From: Nostoc sp. PCC 7120 = FACHB-418
GTDB lineage: Bacteria > Cyanobacteriota > Cyanobacteriia > Cyanobacteriales > Nostocaceae
Length of the DNA: 32,000 nt
Direction of reading: 5' to 3'
NCBI RefSeq assembly: GCF_000009705.1
Contig: NC_003272.1
Location: forward strand, 2,430,001 to 2,462,000
Part shown: piece after piece, positions 7,128 to 14,591 of the stretch
Layout of the letters: each line of letters opens with the position of its first letter
How positions within the stretch are numbered: the first letter of the stretch is position 1
The notes under the pieces: model-generated
Databases searched by the model: none
What the model saw: the letters and a program-made list of their open reading frames with translations, nothing else
What the model was told of the DNA's origin: nothing
Translations under genes and position numbers: made by a program

Positions 7128-9371
7128 TCACCCAGGTAATCGATACATCAACACCTTTCCTTTAGCGTTCTCTTCCACAAATACTAAATACTCACCATTG
7201 GCACGACGAAAAGCGCGAATGCCGTAGGGGATATCAATCCAGCCGCTTTCGCCTCCTACTTCTGCACCTGGTGTTAACATTTGCAATGCTTCCCCTGTGG
7301 TGGCTTTATAGACATAAACTTCCGCTTTTTTACTAGCAACGGCAAAAACTCTATCTCCTGCCACATCAATTGATTTGATATGTAATTTGGGGTCTGTTTG
7401 ATGATTATAAGGAAGCACTATTCGCCACCGGAGGTTTCTTTTTTTACTCCAGTTGTCGTAACGAACTATTTCTGTACCAACTAATCCCCAATCACCATCA
7501 AGGTTAGGATGTTCATTGGTGTAGCCTCCAAGATACATAACATCTTGTTTGGGGAAGTATTTGATTCTTGTCAAAGTTTTGAAAGGTGCTGGCATGGGTA
7601 TTCTGCCCCCAACAGCTTGTCCATAAATGGGACAGCCATGATTATCTAATTTTTGATAGGGATAGTGTTTAATGTAGCCAGCTTCGGCCGCTTGCCAAAT
7701 ATCTCCTTTGCTGTCTATTTCCCAACCCCAGACAGAACCATCTTCTTCACCCAAGGTTTTGTATTCGTTGTTTTGGATGGAACCATCACCATTCACATCC
7801 CGCCATAACCAGCTACCGTCTTTTGGTTGGTTAGGAGGCCAACTGAGATGATTTTTGCCAAAAATGCCGCAGGGAACAGCTATCTCACCATCAAAACGGT
7901 ATATCAACAGCCGTTCTGCCATCATTTCTGAGGAGAGATAGAGTAGGCGTTTTCCACCCAAGCGACGGACAAAAGCTGATGTGGGTGTGGTGTGGAGTCG
8001 TCCATCATCTGGGTAGCGGAACTTATCTAAGGTATATCCTTTATATGTCCACTCTTTGCCGTTGTTTTTGCTGTAGTCCATGACGAAGTGTTCGTTTTTG
8101 GTGAACACGTCTCTACCATCGCTATCAGGATCAGCATCGGCGTTATCTATGAATTGCAAACCGAGTAAGCGCCACTGGAGTTTTCCCGATGACGAGAATT
8201 TTCTCAAGTCAGCACCAGTACTATTAAAACCATGATTGCTAACGTAGATATTGCCGCTTTTATCTGTGCCGACTCCGGTAATACCATACAGTTTCCCGTC
8301 TTTGACTTCGCCAGAAGTACCCCCATAGATACCGCCTTTATCACCGAGAGTGCCTACCTGTTTTGGTTTATTGGCGATGTTATAAATTAGTACTTGCTGA
8401 CGTTTCCCATTATCAGCTACCAGTAATCTACCTTGAGGATCAAAGGCGATCGCACTTGGGTTGGCAACATCGGTGATTTGTTGGGCTAATTGCTTACCTT
8501 GAGGCGAATATCGGACTATTTTTTTCTTTTGCACAACCCATAAGTTATTTTGCCGATCAACGGCGATCGCACCAGGATTAGGAACGCTAAAGCTGCGTAG
8601 TTCCTGCATGGTATCTGTATTGTAAACGCGGAGGCGATCGTTGGCAGGATCACTTACATATAACTCTTTGTCTTTAGTTGCTAGTCCAGTAACGTCATTT
8701 TTACTATTGACAATGAGCATACTTTTATCCCAACCACGCCCTCCAGCAAAGGGCGCAGGTTTTCCAGACAAGTCATAGCGTCGGACATTGTACCAAGTGG
8801 TTCCCTTGGGCGGGTAATCATCTTCTGGTTTGCCTTCGTGGGATTGCCGCATAGCTACATAGAGGTACTTTTGATTGGCTGTAATTGCTTTACCTCCCAA
8901 CCTTCCCCAACCATGTAAGTCATCAGCTTTACCAATCACATCCCCATCTTTATAAATACCTACTTCTCTACCAGCTTCATCCCAATGACTATTTACATAA
9001 ACTGTGCCATTGGGAGTAACATATATACCCTCCATTTGAATTTGTACCCACTTTTTACCACCAAAAGTGTTACCTATCCAAGAGGTTTTATACGCTGCTT
9101 TATTTGAGGTTTTATGCGATTGTTTATCAGTTTGCTGTGCAGATGATTTATGAGTTATTTTCTCAGTAGTTGTTGGTAGTATATTAACAATTCCAGATAT
9201 ATTACTGCTTAAGGGATTAATAATTACCACCATAACTATAGTAAGTATCAAAAGGTATACTTTCAAACTCCGAAAGTTTTTATTGCGAGACAGTTTTTGG
9301 AAATACCGTCTACAGCTTTGGTAAAAATTATCAAACTGTGGAGCTAATTTTTTTTCCATAAAATTATGCAA
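7128..9371 (-). CDS. Secreted or membrane-anchored NHL-repeat beta-propeller protein (unknown function)
   Basis: 747-aa ORF with an N-terminal hydrophobic anchor (LKVYLLILTIVMVVIINPL). Repeated NHL-like blades are GAIAVDRQNNLWVV, SAIAFDPQGRLLVADNG and GVGTDKSGNIYVSNHG. A Ca-binding-like DVNGDGS loop is also present. Confidence 0.6.
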   Translation of the reverse strand: MHNFMEKKLAPQFDNFYQSCRRYFQKLSRNKNFRSLKVYLLILTIVMVVIINPLSSNISGIVNILPTTTEKITHKSSAQQTDKQSHKTSNKAAYKTSWIGNTFGGKKWVQIQMEGIYVTPNGTVYVNSHWDEAGREVGIYKDGDVIGKADDLHGWGRLGGKAITANQKYLYVAMRQSHEGKPEDDYPPKGTTWYNVRRYDLSGKPAPFAGGRGWDKSMLIVNSKNDVTGLATKDKELYVSDPANDRLRVYNTDTMQELRSFSVPNPGAIAVDRQNNLWVVQKKKIVRYSPQGKQLAQQITDVANPSAIAFDPQGRLLVADNGKRQQVLIYNIANKPKQVGTLGDKGGIYGGTSGEVKDGKLYGITGVGTDKSGNIYVSNHGFNSTGADLRKFSSSGKLQWRLLGLQFIDNADADPDSDGRDVFTKNEHFVMDYSKNNGKEWTYKGYTLDKFRYPDDGRLHTTPTSAFVRRLGGKRLLYLSSEMMAERLLIYRFDGEIAVPCGIFGKNHLSWPPNQPKDGSWLWRDVNGDGSIQNNEYKTLGEEDGSVWGWEIDSKGDIWQAAEAGYIKHYPYQKLDNHGCPIYGQAVGGRIPMPAPFKTLTRIKYFPKQDVMYLGGYTNEHPNLDGDWGLVGTEIVRYDNWSKKRNLRWRIVLPYNHQTDPKLHIKSIDVAGDRVFAVASKKAEVYVYKATTGEALQMLTPGAEVGGESGWIDIPYGIRAFRRANGEYLVFVEENAKGKVLMYRLPG

Positions 9372-9692
9372 ATTTTTAATTAGTACGATGTTTTATGTAG
9401 CAAGATAAAGCACCTACTTGAATTTTCGGTATATCATGGCTAATTACTACAACGAACTCTAATAGACTCTAATGAACGTCTATGTAAATGATTTTTACGT
9501 TAAGCTTAATGTTATATCAGCACAATATGAAATTTTCTTGGTAATTTGTAGAGAACCCATTGTTTTGTAGCTGAATCTTTCAATTATGTATAGCAAATAG
9601 TTAAGGTTATTTTTTTTGATTTCACAAAAAATTTATTAAAATCACATAATTATTTTTTATCTGCCAGAGGGCAGAACGGAAGAAAAAAGTTA

Positions 9693-9756
9693 GTAGGGTG
9701 CGTCAGTATGAATAATTTCTTGGTACAGCTAGGTTTCCTCACACTGACGCACCCTA
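9693..9756. mobile_element. 64-nt hairpin repeat (MITE-like), copy 1
   Basis: GTAGGGTGCGTCAGT...ACTGACGCACCCTA has 14-nt terminal inverted repeats. The first 26 nt are identical to the copy at 27883-27947, and overall similarity is high. Confidence 0.7.
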
Positions 9757-9823
9757 AATTTTGGATATTTTTTTATCTCGAATTCCCTTAGTTAAAAATA
9801 CTATATACAACTGGGACAACATC

Positions 9824-10363
9824 TCATAGCCTAATTATAAAACTATCCCTGATGTGAAAGTCAGCTTCTTTACCTGGATGAACTAAAGCCCAGTAAGTTA
9901 TCTTGCCATCTTTTTGTTTGATAACTGTAGTAATTGCGACATCAATAAGTTGTTCAGGAGAAATAATTCTTTCTAAATCGACATTCAATGACATTTCCAA
10001 ACTATCTGAGTAATTTTCAATACTAAAAGGTAGTGCAGTAAAAGCTGTTTCTTCCTGCATTCCTTGGCGATATCCATGAAAGCGGTATATATTCCAATTT
10101 CGAGAGGGAGAGAGGTTGAATTCCCAATACTGTTGAGAATCTTTAATACCAATAAAGAACTCAAAACAAGTATCTTGCCATAGTTCATGTTTTCTTGTTG
10201 GTATGTCTACAGACGAAGGAATCTCAACTGGTGCTAATTCACCAACAACCTGATAATTAATAGTGAGTTGATTATTATGGCGGCTAATATTACCAGCAAT
10301 TTTGAGATCAACTAAAGATTCCTCCGAGGGGAATGGTTGTAGAGAAAATATCTGGTGACTCAT
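9824..10363 (-). CDS. DOMON-like / CBM9-like small beta-sandwich protein (tentative)
   Basis: 179-aa ORF. Its start overlaps the upstream kinase stop by 4 nt (ATGA). The motif region HELWQDTCFEFFIG...YWEFNLSPSRNWNIYRFHGYR resembles the cyanobacterial DOMON-like family, recognised from memory rather than by search. Confidence 0.5.
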   Translation of the reverse strand: MSHQIFSLQPFPSEESLVDLKIAGNISRHNNQLTINYQVVGELAPVEIPSSVDIPTRKHELWQDTCFEFFIGIKDSQQYWEFNLSPSRNWNIYRFHGYRQGMQEETAFTALPFSIENYSDSLEMSLNVDLERIISPEQLIDVAITTVIKQKDGKITYWALVHPGKEADFHIRDSFIIRL

Positions 10364-11478
10364 TTTATATCTTGAATAATTTTACGAATCTTGACTTCTT
10401 GAGATTCGATACTTTCTGTCAGTTTAAATTGCACAAGCGCCCTGGCTAAATTATGTTCTGGGTACTTGATTTTAAAGTAAACATTCCCCCCTAAGTAGTC
10501 AGCAAAGAATCTCAGTCCTAACTCAAAGGCGATGAGGCGTATAGCATCATACATATATGCGTAATCGTTATCGGTGAGAAATTCCTTTGCTACCGACAGA
10601 TAACCTTGTAAAATTCCTTGACATAAATCAGTGTCAAAAGCAACGCTTTCCCAATGTTCTGTTTCTTCCCCAGCAGGGTTACAGCCCGATCGCAAACAAT
10701 CACCAATGTCATAATGTACTAGACCGGGTTTAACCGTGTCGAGGTCGATAACGCTGACGGCTTTGTGAGTAAAAGTATCAAACATAATATTGTTAATTTT
10801 AGGATCGCCGTGCATGAGACGTAACGGCAACTCACCCGCAGCTTTAGCATTTTCTAGGATACAGGCATAACTTTGGCGATCGCTCACAAATTGCAAGCAA
10901 TAATCTAATTCTGGGGATGGTTGCGGTTTAGCTGTTGCCAAAACCTGTTCATAGTGACGCAAGTAAAGCGGCGTAATATGGAATCCTGGCAAAGTATCAG
11001 CCAGTTTTTCTGGTGATAAGTCGCTGATTAAGTTGTGAAACATCCCCAAGGCATAGCCGATTTCTTGAGCTTGTGCCAAATCTTGCATGGTGTCGAAAGA
11101 TTGCGACCCAGAAATAAAGCTAATCGCTCGCCAGAAATTCCCTTGAGTATCTGTGCAGTAATCGTGATTATCTTTGGTGGAAAGTACGCGCGGAACTTCC
11201 CAACGACGGTTCGGGGGGGCGTATTGTAGACGTTGATGAACATGATCACTAAAGATACGCATATTCTGCATGATCAGTTCAGGTTGACGAAACACTTGAG
11301 TGTTTATCCGTTGCAGAACAAAATGCTGTGCTTCTAAGGAATCAACAGTTACTAAAAAAGTATCGTTAATATTGCCACTACCAAAGGCTTGAACATTTGT
11401 TACTGTACCTGGAAACTTGAATTTCCCGGCAATGGCAGCTAAATCTACTACAGACTGCGTGCTGATAACTTCTGTCAT
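10360..11478 (-). CDS. APH/protein-kinase-fold phosphotransferase (NahK-like sugar or small-molecule kinase)
   Basis: The catalytic-loop motif LMHGDPKINNIMFD is followed by VIDLDTVKPGLVHYDIGD (the DxD metal-binding segment of the aminoglycoside/choline-kinase fold). Length is 372 aa. Confidence 0.75.
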   Translation of the reverse strand: MTEVISTQSVVDLAAIAGKFKFPGTVTNVQAFGSGNINDTFLVTVDSLEAQHFVLQRINTQVFRQPELIMQNMRIFSDHVHQRLQYAPPNRRWEVPRVLSTKDNHDYCTDTQGNFWRAISFISGSQSFDTMQDLAQAQEIGYALGMFHNLISDLSPEKLADTLPGFHITPLYLRHYEQVLATAKPQPSPELDYCLQFVSDRQSYACILENAKAAGELPLRLMHGDPKINNIMFDTFTHKAVSVIDLDTVKPGLVHYDIGDCLRSGCNPAGEETEHWESVAFDTDLCQGILQGYLSVAKEFLTDNDYAYMYDAIRLIAFELGLRFFADYLGGNVYFKIKYPEHNLARALVQFKLTESIESQEVKIRKIIQDIK

Positions 11479-11828
11479 ATTTAACTTTTACTACTCCCCA
11501 CAAAAACTGCACAATGGCAATTAGGAGACATAGTAACTCAAGTTTTACGCCGCATTATTCCTTTTAGTTGAAATACTGTGAAGATTAATGGAAACCTTAT
11601 CGTAAATTCAAGGGTTAAAGACCCCTCTCTTACAAAGTTCTGAGGGACGGAAGCCGGGATCTTGCTACAAACTTTGCGCTACATCTACACGTAGTATCAG
11701 TTGAGTTGGGGTAAAACATCCCCGACTCCAACTGTCTTTAATTTTGTTCGCCTTTGAAATATGCGTAGGGTGGGCAAAGCTAGCCAATCTTCTTGTTGAG
11801 ATAGTATTTGCGGATCAGTATTGTCAGG

Positions 11829-11865
11829 TCAATACAGTTGTTATAGTCAGCTATGACTGTATTGA
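11829..11865. other. 10-bp-arm inverted repeat inside a roughly 960-bp gene-free region
   Basis: TCAATACAGT-(17 nt)-ACTGTATTGA, read directly. No adjacent U-tract. Confidence 0.3.
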
Positions 11866-12436
11866 ATGTGATTGCTATACTTGCGATCGCTTCATCAATA
11901 ATTCTGATTCATTCCATAGATAGATTTAGCAAAACCCATCGGCAGAAAGTTTTTACACTTAGAAGCTTAGTATAAAATTTTTCTTAAGATATTTGCTTGA
12001 TGGAGGCGATCGCCTAATCTAAGTCTTGACTCGTCTCATCATGAATTGTGCTGATTATTGGACTATATAATAATCATTAACGATTTTGGAATGAGTAGAT
12101 TTACCACCAATAAAATATGCAAAATAAAAAATGTTAATTTCTTGCTAAACATTGATGATAATGGATCACAGGATGTATGCTTCATGCCATAGTACATTAT
12201 TAAGCCAAAATTTATAATCTAAATTTTATTTTTTATATTGTTATGATTACGTAGACATAAGGCATTTAATATAGGAAATATTTCTAAGAAAATTTTAAGC
12301 ATATTTATAAATATTATTTAAACTTACGCAAATCCACTGAACACTATAGAGACGTGACATTCCTAAATTGTCTAGTTAATATATAACTTGATATATCACT
12401 TATTACATTCCTCCAGTTAATGGGTTAGGAAGTCGA

Positions 12437-12679
12437 ATGTCTCGCCAAAAGAAAATAATATTTGCACAACCAAAAATCGGTCAATTCATTCAAGAAATTA
12501 GGCTGGTTATGGGTTTAACCCAAGAAGAGTTTGCGGTAATTCTTGGTGTAACTTTTCCTACTGTAAATCGTTGGGAAAATGGGCATACTAAACCTTCAAA
12601 ACTCGCTATTCAACAAATAGAAGCTTTGGTAGATAAGCTTGGTGAAGATGGTCAAAATATTTTGGCTAAATATCACTGA
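12437..12679 (+). CDS. XRE-family helix-turn-helix transcriptional regulator (80 aa)
   Basis: IQEIRLVMGLTQEEFAVILGVTFPTVNRWENGHTKPS is a classic Cro/C1-type HTH_3 pattern. GGAAG sits 6-10 nt upstream of the ATG. Confidence 0.85.
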   Translation: MSRQKKIIFAQPKIGQFIQEIRLVMGLTQEEFAVILGVTFPTVNRWENGHTKPSKLAIQQIEALVDKLGEDGQNILAKYH

Positions 12680-12744
12680 AAATAGATTCATTACCCATTA
12701 ATTTCCAGAAAAAGTCATAAATTTATGACTGGAGACATCTATCC

Positions 12745-14571
12745 ATGAATTTTAATTACTTGAGATATTTTTTGAAATTTACTTCAATACCCAGTATTTG
12801 TCTCTTGTTGATATTATCAATTTCTCATTTTTCTAGGGTATTGGCTCAAAATCCCAAAGGTGGAATTGACTGGATTGTAGTAGTAGATACTTCTGCTTCC
12901 ATGCGCGGTGTTGGCGGGACAAGAAATATCTTTACTCAAGTCAAAAATTCTATTAATGAATTTGTTAATACTGCCAGAGTAGGGGATACAGTTACTATTT
13001 ATAATTTCGATAGTGATGTAACTTTGCAAGCTCAAGAAATTCCTATTGCCAGCAATCCAGACCGGGGTAAACTCAAACAAATAATTAATAACCTCAAAGC
13101 TGATGGTGTGCGTACTCACACAGGGAAAGCAGTACAACAAGCGCTCTCTACTTCTGCAAAATTGAATCAACGTCCTAATACTGCGGATAGGACTGTGAGT
13201 ATAGTTTTCCTAACAGATGGATTGGAAGATGTCCAAGGTATTCCTAATCCTGTGCCGATTCCTCAAAGTACGCAACTTTTACGGGAACAAGAATGTAAAC
13301 CTTATGTATTTTTCGTATCTTTAGGATTGAAAGAACACGAAAAACAATTAAATGAATTTGCCAGTAATCCCGCACTTTGTGGCAAAGGGCGCGTTTTGCG
13401 TGACCCTGGAGGAGTGCAATTAAACAAGTTGGCTCAAAATATTAGGCCAAGACTCATTAAACCCCAGATTGATGTTAGTTTATCTACTGTTGATTTGCCG
13501 CCTGTATTGCCAGGTACAACTACAAAAGCACTAAATATTAATAGCATCAGTAATGTCAATGCTAAAGTGAGGTTGCAACTAAAAGACATAGAAAAAAGTG
13601 GTATTCGCCTAGTTTTGCCTAGCACAATTGACTTAGCAGCTAATCAACAAAAAGTTATTCCTATAAGTTTACAAATTCCAGCAAATGCACAGGGAGGTAA
13701 TCGAAAATTGCGGTTTTTGTTAACAGCAACTGATAAAGCTATTGCCCCACAAGCTATTGATTTATCTTTAACGATTAAACCACAATTGTCAATGCAACCA
13801 AATAGCCTAAACTTCGATTCTGTAGAAGCAGGAAAAACTAGCCAAAAGCAAACTTTAGTAATTCGCAGCAATATATCTGGAACAGCTAGTTTACAACTGC
13901 AAGGCAAGACTAAAGATGTTTCTTTAAAGGAGCCTTCAACACCTGTATCTTTGGCAGTCGGAGAAACCAAAATCCCTATACAGCTTGAAGTTGCTGATAG
14001 TAGTTTTGATGGTAAGCGTACATTCAATGTAGTTGTTACTCCAGATCACCCCCTGACGAATCCCCTCAGTGCCGAAGTTCAGGTACGGATCTTAATGCCA
14101 CTGGGACGGAAAATCGTTATTTGGTTGCTATTGATATTACTGCTTTTCTTAATTACCTTAACCATAATTTGCTTGATTCAACGTAAAACTCCTTGGGAAT
14201 TAGCCCAAGATATTGGCACTCGCAACCATTTAGAAGGGGAACTAGAACTATTAGAACCAGTCCCCATATCACCAGAAGAACAATATATTAGCCTTACTCA
14301 CCAGCACAAGCAAAAAGTCAACTTGAGTGCATTAGTTCCAGCGATCGCCTCTACAAATAGTGATGCAGAATTAGTCATCAATTGGCAGTCTGGTAAAAAA
14401 TATGTATATGTACGGAGTTTAAGCGGTATTACTTTTGTCAATAATGAAAAGATAACTACATATCAACTTTACGATGAAGACACAATCCAGGTTGATAACG
14501 TAAAGCTGCGATTTAACTGGATTGGTAATCAACGGCCCTATGAACAAAACAGTGGGCTGACAGATTTTTAA
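12745..14571 (+). CDS. Transmembrane protein: signal peptide - vWA domain with complete MIDAS - beta-rich (Ig-like) repeats - TM helix - C-terminal FHA-like domain
   Basis: Signal-like N-terminus ICLLLILSISHFSRVLA/QNP. MIDAS DTSAS at residues 48-52 (nt 12886-12900), with downstream THTG and FLTDGLED. Two similar beta-rich segments span about residues 240-450. The TM helix is IVIWLLLILLLFLITLTIICLI (nt ~14113-14178). The C-terminal FHA-like strands are YVYVRSLSGITFVNNEKITTYQLYDEDTIQVDNVKLRF. Confidence 0.8.
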   Translation: MNFNYLRYFLKFTSIPSICLLLILSISHFSRVLAQNPKGGIDWIVVVDTSASMRGVGGTRNIFTQVKNSINEFVNTARVGDTVTIYNFDSDVTLQAQEIPIASNPDRGKLKQIINNLKADGVRTHTGKAVQQALSTSAKLNQRPNTADRTVSIVFLTDGLEDVQGIPNPVPIPQSTQLLREQECKPYVFFVSLGLKEHEKQLNEFASNPALCGKGRVLRDPGGVQLNKLAQNIRPRLIKPQIDVSLSTVDLPPVLPGTTTKALNINSISNVNAKVRLQLKDIEKSGIRLVLPSTIDLAANQQKVIPISLQIPANAQGGNRKLRFLLTATDKAIAPQAIDLSLTIKPQLSMQPNSLNFDSVEAGKTSQKQTLVIRSNISGTASLQLQGKTKDVSLKEPSTPVSLAVGETKIPIQLEVADSSFDGKRTFNVVVTPDHPLTNPLSAEVQVRILMPLGRKIVIWLLLILLLFLITLTIICLIQRKTPWELAQDIGTRNHLEGELELLEPVPISPEEQYISLTHQHKQKVNLSALVPAIASTNSDAELVINWQSGKKYVYVRSLSGITFVNNEKITTYQLYDEDTIQVDNVKLRFNWIGNQRPYEQNSGLTDF

Positions 14572-14591
14572 AAAATATTAGAGGAAATTAA

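Noticed and set aside
12817-14027. Minus-strand ORFs (12817-13170, 13434-13625, 13644-14027) inside the vWA/FHA gene
   Set aside because: They lie entirely antisense to a long ORF with clear domain motifs. Their translations are low-complexity with no motifs, so they are shadow ORFs.
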